A DNA stretch of 60,564 nt from Candidatus Aminicenantales bacterium (GCA_049512315.1 JBEKXF010000019.1:1-60564), one strand, 5' to 3'; numbered from the stretch's first letter, positions 1-9,168 are shown. Made by a program: numbers and translations. The notes: generated by a model from the letters alone, not told the origin.

Positions 1-25
1 TCAACGTGATCAGTTCCTCTCGCAC
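1..25 (-). CDS. Probable transposase, first 8 codons only (MREELITL...)
   Basis: GTG at 25 with a strong SD upstream; peptide resembles the N-terminus of ISNCY/IS1202-type transposases (recall, not searched). Confidence 0.5.
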
Positions 26-121
26 GGGGCCGGCCCTCCTCCTGTCCGGAGGAGTACCTTAGCCCAAAAAAGCGGAAATATTCACGTTGCCCAAAGCGGA
101 AATTATCACGTTGCCGCAACA
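1..121 (-). mobile_element. Left end of an insertion sequence (IS1202/ISNCY-like; IS21-like not excluded), truncated by window edge
   Basis: Minus strand begins TGTTGCGGCAACGTG at 121, with two 23-nt direct repeats at 24-nt period (69-91, 93-115; 21/23 identical), then AGGAGGAGG and an ORF start leaving the window. Confidence 0.7.
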
Positions 122-1617
122 CCCCGGCGGAGATGCCTGTCGATCTCCGCGGCCGCGACCCGGCCGTCTCCCATGGCCAGGATAACCGTCGCCCCGCCCC
201 GGATGATATCCCCCCCGGCAAAGACGCCCGGGAGGCTGGTCGCCATGGTGGCCCAATCGACCTCGACATTCCCCCAGTTGCCGACCTTGAGTCCGGGGGT
301 AGTCTGGGGGATGAGAGGGTTGGGGCTCTGTCCGATGGCACATACGACGAGGTCGACCTCCATCGTGTATTCCGAGCCCTCGATCGGGATGGGCCGGCGC
401 CGGCCCGAGGCGTCGGGCTCGCCGAGCCCCATCTTCCGGCATTCCATGGCCCGGACGCGACCGTCCTTGCCGCCGAAGTAACGGGCGGGAGCTGCGAGGA
501 GCTGGAACTCGATCCCCTCCTCCTCGGCATGGCGGATCTCCTCGGTCCGGGCGGGCATCTCGGTCATTGACCGACGGTAGACGATGACCGCCCGTTCGGC
601 ACCGAGCCGCTTGGCCGTCCGCACGGAGTCCATGGCCACGTTGCCGCCGCCGATGACCGCGGCCGTCTTTGCCTTGAACACGGGCGTGTCGTAGGCCGGG
701 AAATCGTAGGCCCGCATGAGGTTGACCCGGGTGAGGTATTCGTTGGCCGAGTAGACGCCGACCAGGTTCTCGCCGGGGATCTTCATGAAATTCGGCAGGC
801 CGGCCCCCGAGCCGATGAAGAAGGCCTCGTAGCCCTCCGCCCGGAGATCATCGATGGTCGCGGTCAGGCCCACGACAAAACTCGTCCTGACCTCGACGCC
901 GAGCCGCCGGAGATAATCGACCTCGGCCTTGAGGATGGCCTTGGGCAGCCGGAATTCCGGGATGCCGTAGATGAGCACGCCGCCCGCTTCGTGAAGGGCC
1001 TCGAAGATCGTGACCGAGTGTCCGAGCTTGGCCAGGTCGCCCGCTGCGGTCAGCCCGGCCGGGCCGGCCCCGATGACGGCCACCTTTTTTCCCGTCGGCG
1101 GGGGCAAGGGCGGGATGTTCACAGAGCCGCTCCCGCGCTCGAAATCGGCGGCGAACCGTTCCAGGTTTCCGATGGCCACGGGAACGCCGCAGGCCTTCTT
1201 CACCGCGCAGACCTCTTCGCACTGCGCCTCCTGGGGGCAGACCCGGCCGCAGATGGCCGGCAGCGAGTTCGTCTCCTTGAGCTTCCAGGCCGCTTCGAGG
1301 AACCTTCCCGCTTCGATGAGCTTGACGAAGCTGGGGATGTCGATGCAGACGGGACACCCGGCGACACACAGAGGATTGGCACAGTCGAGACAGCGGCGGG
1401 CCTCGGCTTGGGCCGCCTCGGGCGCGAGGCCGAGGTTGACCTCGTTGAAGTCGCGGTTCCGGTCGTCGGGAGAGCGCTCCGACATCCTTTGGCGGCCGGC
1501 CTTCATCCGTTCCTTCGGGGGAACGGCCTTGCGCAGATCCCTGCGCCAGTCCTTTTCGAAGTCCGCTTTGAGCCGGGCCTTCTCTTCTGGCGCCAGTTCC
1601 CTTTTGTCTTCGGCCAT
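106..1617 (-). CDS. nfnB: NfnB/SudA-like (GltD-family) NADPH-dependent FAD/Fe-S oxidoreductase large subunit
   Basis: RCLDCANPLCVAGCP, ICGRVCPQEAQCE, GAGPAGL, YGIPEFRLPK, GGGNVAMD, VFAGGD; adjacent to an nfnA-like gene, no gltB in window. Confidence 0.85.
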   Translation of the reverse strand: MAEDKRELAPEEKARLKADFEKDWRRDLRKAVPPKERMKAGRQRMSERSPDDRNRDFNEVNLGLAPEAAQAEARRCLDCANPLCVAGCPVCIDIPSFVKLIEAGRFLEAAWKLKETNSLPAICGRVCPQEAQCEEVCAVKKACGVPVAIGNLERFAADFERGSGSVNIPPLPPPTGKKVAVIGAGPAGLTAAGDLAKLGHSVTIFEALHEAGGVLIYGIPEFRLPKAILKAEVDYLRRLGVEVRTSFVVGLTATIDDLRAEGYEAFFIGSGAGLPNFMKIPGENLVGVYSANEYLTRVNLMRAYDFPAYDTPVFKAKTAAVIGGGNVAMDSVRTAKRLGAERAVIVYRRSMTEMPARTEEIRHAEEEGIEFQLLAAPARYFGGKDGRVRAMECRKMGLGEPDASGRRRPIPIEGSEYTMEVDLVVCAIGQSPNPLIPQTTPGLKVGNWGNVEVDWATMATSLPGVFAGGDIIRGGATVILAMGDGRVAAAEIDRHLRRGVAAT

Positions 1618-1635
1618 CTCTCTTCGTCCCGTCTC

Positions 1636-2472
1636 CTAGGGGAGCTCGGTCTCCTCGTAGCGGCAGAGCGAACGGACCTCCTCGTCGAAGTAGGATTTCC
1701 GCCGCAGGAACAACTCGTCCCAGTCCACCTGGTGACCGTCGAAATCCGGACCGTCGACGCAGGCGAACTTCGTTTTTCCCGCTGCGGTACAACGGCACGC
1801 GCCGCACATCCCCGTGCCGTCGACCATGATCGGGTTCAGGCTGACGATCGTCTTGATGCCCAGCGGCCGGGTCGCCTGGGAGCTGGCGTACATGAGATAG
1901 GTGCAGCCGACGGCGATGACCCGGGCCACCGGGGCTTCGGCCTGAAGAAGTTCCTCGAGCGGGCGGGGGATGAATTCCTTGGACCCCCGAGCGCCGTCGC
2001 GCGACGAAAAAAGCACCTTGTCGCAGACCGAGAGGTAACGGTCCTTCCAATAGACGAGATAATCTGCCTTGGCGTCAAGGAGGGCGATCACCCGGTTACC
2101 GGCCGCCTTGAGCGCCCGGGCCACGGGCCAGAGGGCGCCGATGCCGAAGCAGCCGGCGGCCAGGACAACGGTCCCGAAGCTCGCAATCTCTGACGGACGG
2201 CCCAACGGGCCGACAAGGACCGGGACCTCGTCGCCGGGATTGAGGGCGGCCAGCTTTCGGGTCGTCGTCCCCACGACGATGAAGACCGAGGTGACCGACC
2301 CCCGGCCGGCGTCCCAGTCGGCGACGGAGAGAGGGACCCGTTCACCCTTCTCGTCGGGCATGATGATGACGAACTGCCCGGGCCGGCACTTTCTGGCCAC
2401 GTCGGGAGCGTGGACCTCGATGAGATGCAGGTTGGGAACGAGGCGCCGTCTCTCCAGGATCTTGGGCATCAT
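1636..2472 (-). CDS. nfnA: NfnA/SudB/PyrK-like FAD/NAD-binding [2Fe-2S] subunit
   Basis: PGQFVII, GERVPLS, GPLGRP, MVDGTGMCGACR, CVDGPDFDGH. Confidence 0.85.
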   Translation of the reverse strand: MMPKILERRRLVPNLHLIEVHAPDVARKCRPGQFVIIMPDEKGERVPLSVADWDAGRGSVTSVFIVVGTTTRKLAALNPGDEVPVLVGPLGRPSEIASFGTVVLAAGCFGIGALWPVARALKAAGNRVIALLDAKADYLVYWKDRYLSVCDKVLFSSRDGARGSKEFIPRPLEELLQAEAPVARVIAVGCTYLMYASSQATRPLGIKTIVSLNPIMVDGTGMCGACRCTAAGKTKFACVDGPDFDGHQVDWDELFLRRKSYFDEEVRSLCRYEETELP

Positions 2473-4724
2473 CGTCCTCGCACGAGCTTCAGGCTCTTGT
2501 GATCGAGGGCCAGGTTCAGGCCCTTGTAGTCGTCCGGGTCCGGACCGGCGGACGGACGGGTCTCCGCCTCGGCAGAGGGGATCGTTCCGCCGGGGATCAC
2601 AGCGTCGCTCCTCCCGGCTTCCTCATGGAGAAAGAGACCCTCCTCGGAGGCGGATCCCGGCGGCAGGTCCCGGAAAGCAGGGACCAGACGGGCCAGATCC
2701 CTGCGGACTTCCCGGACCGAAGAATAAGCAAAACCGGTGTGGCCCATCTTCGCGGCCAGTTCGCTCAGGATGAGCCAGGCGGGCCGGGCTTCGCCCTGGG
2801 CCTCGACCGCCGCCGCGGAGAGCTGGGTGCGTCCTTCGACATTGACGAATGTTCCGTCCGATTCGAAGGACGTCGTCTCGGGAAGGACGATGTCCGCGAA
2901 GGCTGCCTTCCCGTCGTCGTAGCTGCCCTGGAGGATGACGAGCTCCGCCGCTCCGGGTTTAAAACCCGGGAAGGGACCGGCCAGGTAGAAAGCCCGGACG
3001 TTGCCCCCGGCAGCGGACCCAGCCGACTCTCCGCCCGGGACCGCCCCGAAAGGGAACGCCCCGGCGATCTCCAGGGCCCCGCGTAAGTTGGCCTCTCCGT
3101 CCAGGGGAAGGATCCGTCCCGCGGTCAGGTCGGCCAGGTCCGAGAGCGCGCTCAAGCCGCTCCGTCCACCCGTCGCCTCCAGGAAAGCCGGCCCGAAGAG
3201 GAACAGGGCGGGCCTGCGCGTCTCCAGCAGACGGGCGATCTCCCGGGTTTTTTCTTCAGGTATGCCGTGGCCGGGACGATGGCCTTTCGACCCTTTGGCC
3301 TTGTCGCCGGCCTGGCCACGGTTTTTCCCAATCCCCGCGGCCAGGGCTTGGAGGAACGCCCGGACCTCTGCGGCGGGGATCGGGGCTTTGATGGACGCCT
3401 GGCCGTTGGCCGGGCCGCCGTCCAGGCAGACGCTGATCACGGCCGCCCCATTCCGGACGGCCCTGGTGACCTCAAGTCCCAGAATGGGCTGGGTCACAGG
3501 GAGATCCTCGCCGAGGACCATGATGACACCGGCCCGGCCGACCTCGGAAAGGAAGAAATTCAGGGCCACGGACCGTCCCTCGGCCCGTCCGAGGCCGCGG
3601 AGCTCGGCGGCCGCCGAGCCGACCCAGGGTCCCGCGACCCCGGGAGCCTTCAGGACCTCCGAGGAGAACCTGGAAAGGACAAAAAGGTCCTCGCAAGAAC
3701 TTTGGGCGGAGAAGGCCACGGCGGTCCGCCCGGGCCCGATCTCCGTGAGCCTCGTCGCCGCGGCGCCCAACGCTTCCTCCCACGGGACTTCCCGGAGGCG
3801 GCCGTCCTTCCGGACCATGGGCCGGAGCAGACGGCGCGGATGGTGGACGGCGGCCTTCACCAGGAACCGGCCTTTGACGCAGGCCTGCCCACGGTTGACC
3901 TGCCCGTCCGGGTCGGGAGCGGTTCCCAGGATCCTGCCCTCCCTCAAGCCGATACGCAGCCGGCAGCCCTGGCCGCAGAAAGGGCAGAGGGCCCGTTTTT
4001 CCGTGTCCGGAGAGCGTTCGTATCGGATGCCCCGGTCCGCGAGCGAGCCCGTCGGGCAAACGTCCACGCAGGCGCCGCAGAAGCGGCAGCCGCTGTCGAG
4101 CAGGCGCCGGTCTTGGGCCGTGCCGATGACCGTCTCGGAGCCGCGCCAGGCGAAGGTCAGCACGGAGGCCCCACGCACTTCGTGGCAGACCCGGACGCAG
4201 CGCCCGCAGAGGATGCAGAGACTGTTGTCCCGGTCGATGAACGGATCGTCCCTCCGGACTTCTCCGGCCCGGCGGAGCGACGGGAAGTGGACGCGCTCGA
4301 CGCCGATCGCCTCGACGACCCGCTGGAGCTGGCAGCGGCCATTGATCGGGCAGAGCACGCATCCCGTGACCTCGCCGGTCTTGCGGATCGTCGATTTGTA
4401 TTCATCACAGGACGATTTTTCGGCGCAGATGAGACAGGCGTTCGGGTGCTCGGCCAGGATGAGCTCGAGGATCCGCCGCCGCAGGGCCACGATCTCCGGC
4501 GTTGCCGTCCGGACTTCCAGGCCCTCCTCGGCCGTCGTGTGGCAGGCGGGGACATAGCCCCTCCGGCCCTTGACCTCGACCAAGCAGAGGCGGCAGGCCG
4601 CGAAGGGCTCGAGCCCGGGGTAATCGCAGAGCGAGGGGATATCGACGCCGTTGGCGCGCGCGACCTCCAGGATGGTGGGCCGGCCCTCGAAAGTGACGAT
4701 GCGACCGTCCAACATGAGGTTCAT
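2469..4724 (-). CDS. NuoG/FdhA-like multi-Fe-S subunit with degenerate molybdopterin-oxidoreductase domain (751 aa)
   Basis: Start reassigned to ATG 4724 (ATGA overlap with upstream stop); ACRLC [2Fe-2S], HPNACLIC, CILCGRCVRVC, CRFCGACVDVCP, CPFCGQGC...CVKG, ADIVLP...ESDGTFVNVEGR. Confidence 0.85.
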   Translation of the reverse strand: MNLMLDGRIVTFEGRPTILEVARANGVDIPSLCDYPGLEPFAACRLCLVEVKGRRGYVPACHTTAEEGLEVRTATPEIVALRRRILELILAEHPNACLICAEKSSCDEYKSTIRKTGEVTGCVLCPINGRCQLQRVVEAIGVERVHFPSLRRAGEVRRDDPFIDRDNSLCILCGRCVRVCHEVRGASVLTFAWRGSETVIGTAQDRRLLDSGCRFCGACVDVCPTGSLADRGIRYERSPDTEKRALCPFCGQGCRLRIGLREGRILGTAPDPDGQVNRGQACVKGRFLVKAAVHHPRRLLRPMVRKDGRLREVPWEEALGAAATRLTEIGPGRTAVAFSAQSSCEDLFVLSRFSSEVLKAPGVAGPWVGSAAAELRGLGRAEGRSVALNFFLSEVGRAGVIMVLGEDLPVTQPILGLEVTRAVRNGAAVISVCLDGGPANGQASIKAPIPAAEVRAFLQALAAGIGKNRGQAGDKAKGSKGHRPGHGIPEEKTREIARLLETRRPALFLFGPAFLEATGGRSGLSALSDLADLTAGRILPLDGEANLRGALEIAGAFPFGAVPGGESAGSAAGGNVRAFYLAGPFPGFKPGAAELVILQGSYDDGKAAFADIVLPETTSFESDGTFVNVEGRTQLSAAAVEAQGEARPAWLILSELAAKMGHTGFAYSSVREVRRDLARLVPAFRDLPPGSASEEGLFLHEEAGRSDAVIPGGTIPSAEAETRPSAGPDPDDYKGLNLALDHKSLKLVRGR

Positions 4725-6574
4725 GAGAGGCTCCGCCCGCGCGCTCCCTTGGTCGCCGCCCGCCTTTTCTCTCCCGTGTACTTGGAAACGGCCCGGACCT
4801 TCGGCGGGCAGACGTTGAAGCAGGCGCCGCACTTGATGCAGGCCGTCTGGTCGATGACATGGACTTTCTTATGTTCGCCGGCGATGGCCTTCACGGGGCA
4901 ATTCTTGAGGCAGAGGAGGCAGCCGACGCATTTCTCCGGCTCGATGAAATAGGCAATGAGGTTCTTGCAGACGAGAGCGGGGCAGCTGCCGTCGACGATG
5001 TGGGCCAGGTATTCGTCACGGAAATAGCGGAGGGTCGAGAGGATGGGGTTGGAGGCCGTCTGGCCGAGTCCGCAGAGGGATCCCTGTTTCACCGTCCCGG
5101 CCAGCTCCTCGAGTCTCTCCAGGTCCCCGGGGCCGCTTTCGCCGCCGGCGATCCGGGCCAGGATCTCGGCCATCTGGCGCGTGCCGATCCGGCAGGGAGC
5201 GCACTTCCCGCAGGATTCCTCCTGGATGAAGCGCAGGAAGTACAGGGCGATGTCCACCATGCAGGTGTTCTCGTCCATGACGATCATGCCGCCTGAGCCC
5301 ATCATGGCGCCGGCCCCGGTCAGGCTTTCGTAGTCGACGGGAAGGTCGAGATGCTCCTCGGGGATGCATCCGCCCGACGGACCGCCGATCTGGACGGCCT
5401 TGAACTCCTGGCCGCCGGGGATGCCGCCGCCGATGCCGAAAATGATCTCCCTCAGACGGATGCCCATGGGGACTTCGACCAGCCCGGTATTGTTGATCTT
5501 GCCGACGAGCGAGAAGATCTTGGTCCCCTTGCTGGTCTCCGTTCCCAGGCCCGAGAACCAGGCGGCGCCGCGCCGGATGATGGAGGGAATGTTGGCCCAG
5601 GTCTCGACGTTGTTGATCACGGTCGGCTTTCCCCACAGGCCGCTCCGGGCGGGATAGGGCGGCCTTTGGCGCGGGAAGGCCCTCTGGCCCTCGATGGAAG
5701 CGATCAGTGCGGTCTCCTCGCCGGAGACGAAAGCGCCCGCGCCCCGGACGATCTCGAGGTCGAAATCGAAGCCCGACCCGAAGATGTCGGTCCCCAGAAG
5801 GCCCAAGCCCCGGGCCTGCTCGATGGCGATGCCCATCCTCTTGACCGCCAGGGGATACTCGTCACGGATATAGACGAAGCCTTTGTCCGCCCCGATCGCC
5901 TTGGCCCCGATGACCATCCCTTCGATGATCGCGTGCGGGTCAGCCTCGAGGACGGAGCGGTCCATGAACGCGCCAGGGTCACCCTCGTCACCGTTGCAGA
6001 TCAGGAACTTGGGCCTGGCCTCCTCGCCCTGGCAGAGGGCCCACTTCTTGCCCGTGGGAAATCCGGCTCCGCCCCGTCCGCGGAGCCCGGAGCCGGCGAT
6101 CTCGGCGAGGATCTCGGCCGGGGTCATCGCGGTCAGGGCCTTGGCCATGGCCTCGTAGCCGTCGTAGGCGATGTATTCCTCTACCTTTTCCGGGTCGATC
6201 CGACCCCTGTTGCGGAGGACGATGAGCTTCTGTTGCTTGAAGAACTCGATGTCGGCCATCTTGGGGACGGGGGTAATCTTCGCGGGGGGGACGTACATGA
6301 ACTTTTCGACCGGGCGTCCCTTGATCAGGTGCTCTTCGACGAGATAGGGCACGTCCTCGACCTTCAGGCGCTGATAGAAAACGCCGTCCGGATGGACCAT
6401 GAGGATCGGCCCTCTCTCGCAGAACCCGTTGCACCCGGTCGTAACGATGAGGACCTCGCCCTGGAGCTTTCGCCGCGCGACCTCCTTCTCCAGGGCCTCC
6501 TTGAGCTCGAAGGCCCCGCAGGAAACGCACCCGGTCCCGGCGCAGATAAGGAGATGGGTCCGATAGTGTTCCAA
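4721..6574 (-). CDS. NuoF/HydB-like FMN/NADH-binding subunit with N-terminal thioredoxin-like [2Fe-2S] and C-terminal 2x[4Fe-4S]
   Basis: CAGTGC..GCNGFC, GLRGRGGAGFPTG, NGDEGDPGAFMDR, GEETAL, ESCGKCAPCRIG, SLCGLG, CVGCLLCLKNCP, CIKCGACFNVCP. Confidence 0.92.
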   Translation of the reverse strand: MEHYRTHLLICAGTGCVSCGAFELKEALEKEVARRKLQGEVLIVTTGCNGFCERGPILMVHPDGVFYQRLKVEDVPYLVEEHLIKGRPVEKFMYVPPAKITPVPKMADIEFFKQQKLIVLRNRGRIDPEKVEEYIAYDGYEAMAKALTAMTPAEILAEIAGSGLRGRGGAGFPTGKKWALCQGEEARPKFLICNGDEGDPGAFMDRSVLEADPHAIIEGMVIGAKAIGADKGFVYIRDEYPLAVKRMGIAIEQARGLGLLGTDIFGSGFDFDLEIVRGAGAFVSGEETALIASIEGQRAFPRQRPPYPARSGLWGKPTVINNVETWANIPSIIRRGAAWFSGLGTETSKGTKIFSLVGKINNTGLVEVPMGIRLREIIFGIGGGIPGGQEFKAVQIGGPSGGCIPEEHLDLPVDYESLTGAGAMMGSGGMIVMDENTCMVDIALYFLRFIQEESCGKCAPCRIGTRQMAEILARIAGGESGPGDLERLEELAGTVKQGSLCGLGQTASNPILSTLRYFRDEYLAHIVDGSCPALVCKNLIAYFIEPEKCVGCLLCLKNCPVKAIAGEHKKVHVIDQTACIKCGACFNVCPPKVRAVSKYTGEKRRAATKGARGRSLS

Positions 6575-6583
6575 GGGTTTTCC

Positions 6584-7063
6584 TTATGCCTCTTCCTTCC
6601 CGTCCCTCAACGTCTCCAGTATCTCGTCGGCCTTGATCTCGGTCATCTGGCCGTAGTATCGGCCGTCGACGACGACGAGAGGCGCCAGCGCGCAGGCGCC
6701 CAGGCAATTGACCCGCTCCAGAGTATACTCCTTGTCGGCGGAGGTCCGACCGGCCCGGATCCCGAGTTTTCGTTCGAAATGCTCCAGGATGATGGCCCCG
6801 CCCCGGACATGGCAGGCCGTCCCCATGCAGACCGTGCAGCGGTGCCGGCCGCGGGGCTCCAGACTGAAGGATTTGTAGAAGGTGACGAGGCTCATGACAT
6901 GAGCGGGGGGGATGTCCAGCTCCCGGGCCACCTCGTCGAGGACCGCGGGCGAGAGCCAGCCCTCCCGATTCTGGATGTCCTGGAGGATCGAGATGACGGA
7001 GCGTTTTTGTCCGCCGTACTTGGCGATGGTCCTCTCGACGGCCGATGCCCTCTTTTTCGCCAT
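6584..7063 (-). CDS. NuoE/HydC-like [2Fe-2S] subunit
   Basis: VTFYKSF, VCMGTACHVRG, VNCLGACALAP. Confidence 0.92.
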   Translation of the reverse strand: MAKKRASAVERTIAKYGGQKRSVISILQDIQNREGWLSPAVLDEVARELDIPPAHVMSLVTFYKSFSLEPRGRHRCTVCMGTACHVRGGAIILEHFERKLGIRAGRTSADKEYTLERVNCLGACALAPLVVVDGRYYGQMTEIKADEILETLRDGKEEA

Positions 7064-7072
7064 GCAGCGCTT

Positions 7073-7101
7073 AAGTTATAAAAAGCCCCGGGGCTTGTCA
7101 A
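7073..7101 (-). promoter_or_regulatory. Sigma70-type promoter for the redox operon, with palindromic spacer
   Basis: TTGACA-N17-TAACTT, 9 nt before the ATG; AAGCCCCGGGGCTT palindrome at 7083-7096. Confidence 0.55.
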
Positions 7102-7114
7102 CGGAGACGGGATT

Positions 7115-7993
7115 TCAGCCGACGCGTCCGATGGCGTTCTTGAGGGTGGCCCCGATCTCGGCCGGGCTGACGGCGACCCGCACCCCCGCGGCCGCCCAGG
7201 CCTCCATCTTCACCCGGGCCGTGCCCTTTCCCTCCTCGATGACGGCGCCGGCGTGCCCCATGCGCCGCCCCGGCGGGGCCGTCAGGCCGGCGACGAATCC
7301 GACGGCCGGCTTGCCGAACTCCTCACGGAGGTAGTCCGCCGCCTCTTCTTCCGCCGCGCCGCCGATCTCCCCGATCAGGACGACGGCCTCTGTTTCCGCG
7401 TCCTCCTTGAAAAGCCGGAGCAGGTCGAGGAACTTCAGCCCGACGATCGGGTCGCCGCCGATACCCACGGCCGTGGACTGGCCCAGTCCCTGGCGTGTCA
7501 CCTGTTGGACCGCTTCGTAGGTCAGCGTCCCGGACCGGGAAATGATGCCGATCGGGCCGGGCTTGTGGATCGGGCCGGGCATGATCCCGATCTTGGATTT
7601 GCCGGGCGAGATGATCCCGGGGGTGTTGGGGCCGATGAGGCGCGTCGGCCGTCCCGAGAGAAAGGCCTTGGCCTTGATCATGTCCAGGGTCGGGATGCCC
7701 TCGGTGATGCACACGACCAGGCCGATGCCGGCGTCGGCGGCCTCCATGATGGCATCGGCGGCGGCGGCCGGAGGGACGAAGATCGCCGCCGCGTCGGCCC
7801 CCTCGCTCCGGACGGCCTCGGCCGCCGTGTCGAAGACGGGCAGGCCGAGATGACGGGTCCCCCCCCGGCCCGGGGTCATGCCGGCCACGACGCGCGTGCC
7901 GTCCTCGATCATCCGCCGGGTGTGGAAGGTCCCTTCCGCGCCGGTCATCCCCAGGACGACGACCCGGGTCCTGGCATCGATGAGAATGCTCAT
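7115..7993 (-). CDS. sucD: Succinyl-CoA synthetase alpha subunit
   Basis: Start MSILID at 7993 (ATGA overlap with sucC); [30 protein letters not shown]. Confidence 0.95.
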   Translation of the reverse strand: MSILIDARTRVVVLGMTGAEGTFHTRRMIEDGTRVVAGMTPGRGGTRHLGLPVFDTAAEAVRSEGADAAAIFVPPAAAADAIMEAADAGIGLVVCITEGIPTLDMIKAKAFLSGRPTRLIGPNTPGIISPGKSKIGIMPGPIHKPGPIGIISRSGTLTYEAVQQVTRQGLGQSTAVGIGGDPIVGLKFLDLLRLFKEDAETEAVVLIGEIGGAAEEEAADYLREEFGKPAVGFVAGLTAPPGRRMGHAGAVIEEGKGTARVKMEAWAAAGVRVAVSPAEIGATLKNAIGRVG

Positions 7994-9168
7994 GACGATT
8001 CCCCCCCGGGCGGCCGCGACAGGGCGACGGCCATGTCGGCGGCCTCCTTCAGCCCGGCGGCCGGGTGAAAGGCCAGACCCGATTCCCTGAGGACGCGCTT
8101 TCCCTCTTCGACGTTGGTGCCCTCGAAGCGGATGACGACCGGGACCCTGGTCCGGAGCTCGCGGGCCGCCCGGACGATCCCATTGGCGACGAGGTCGCAG
8201 CGGACGATGCCGCCGAAGATGTTGATGAGCGCCGCCCGAACCCCGGGATCGGAGACGAGGATGCGGAAGGCGTTGGCGACCCCCTCCTCGCTGGCGCCTC
8301 CTCCGATATCGAGGAAGTTGGCGGGCGTTCCGCCGGCGTGCCGGATGAGGTCCATGGTCGCCATGGCCAGACCGGCGCCGTTGACCAGACACCCGATACG
8401 GCCTTCGAGCTTGATGTACTGGAGGTTGAACCTTTCCGCCTCGACTTCGAGCGGGGATTCCTCTTCCGGGTCCCGCAGCTCCCGGATGTCGGGGTGACGG
8501 AAGAGGGCGTTGTCGTCGAAGGTCATCTTGGCGTCGAGGGCCAGGACGTTTCCGTCCGGCGTGACGACGAGCGGATTGACCTCGACGAGGGAGGCGTCCT
8601 GGCTCTCGAAAACCTCGGTCAGGCCGTCGATGAACCGGACGGCCTGTTTATGGATGTCCCCGGTCAGGCCGAGCCGGAAGGCCAGGGAGCGGGCCTGGAA
8701 CGAACGCAGACCTGGTCCGGGCCGGAAATATTCCTTGAAAATCGCTTCCGGCCTTCCGACCGCGACCTCCTCGACCGCCATCCCGCCCTCCGTCGAGGCC
8801 AGGACCACGGCCGCCTCGCGGCCTCGGTCCACGGCGACCCCGAGATAGAGCTCCCGGGCGGGGGGCACGGCCTCCTCGACCAGAAGCCGCCTGACGAGTT
8901 TCCCTCCGGGGCCGGTCTGTGTCGTGACCAGGTTCATTCCGATCATGGCCCGGCCGAGCTCCTCGGCCCTCTCCGGAGTCTCGGCCGACCGGATGCCGCC
9001 GCCCCGGCCCCGCCCGCCGGCATGGACCTGGGCCTTGAGCACGACGGGGGAGCCCATCTTCCGGGCGATCTCCCCGACACGGTCCGGGGAGTCCGCGACC
9101 TCGCCGCGGGGGACGCGCAGGCCGTGGCCGGCCAGGATCCGTTTGGCCTGATACTCGTGGATTCTCAT
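7990..9168 (-). CDS. sucC: Succinyl-CoA synthetase beta subunit
   Basis: [51 protein letters not shown]. Confidence 0.95.
   Translation of the reverse strand: MRIHEYQAKRILAGHGLRVPRGEVADSPDRVGEIARKMGSPVVLKAQVHAGGRGRGGGIRSAETPERAEELGRAMIGMNLVTTQTGPGGKLVRRLLVEEAVPPARELYLGVAVDRGREAAVVLASTEGGMAVEEVAVGRPEAIFKEYFRPGPGLRSFQARSLAFRLGLTGDIHKQAVRFIDGLTEVFESQDASLVEVNPLVVTPDGNVLALDAKMTFDDNALFRHPDIRELRDPEEESPLEVEAERFNLQYIKLEGRIGCLVNGAGLAMATMDLIRHAGGTPANFLDIGGGASEEGVANAFRILVSDPGVRAALINIFGGIVRCDLVANGIVRAARELRTRVPVVIRFEGTNVEEGKRVLRESGLAFHPAAGLKEAADMAVALSRPPGGESS

Noticed and set aside
69..115. CRISPR-like direct repeats
   Set aside because: Only two copies 1 nt apart, no spacer and no cas genes; better explained as an IS end
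106..1617. Glutamate synthase small subunit (gltD)
   Set aside because: No gltB in the window, and the adjacent nfnA-like gene favours NfnB/SudA
2469..4832. Active or selenocysteine formate dehydrogenase; 787-aa start at 4832
   Set aside because: No Cys/Sec-His motif or in-frame TGA; the longer start overlaps the NuoF-like gene by over 100 nt
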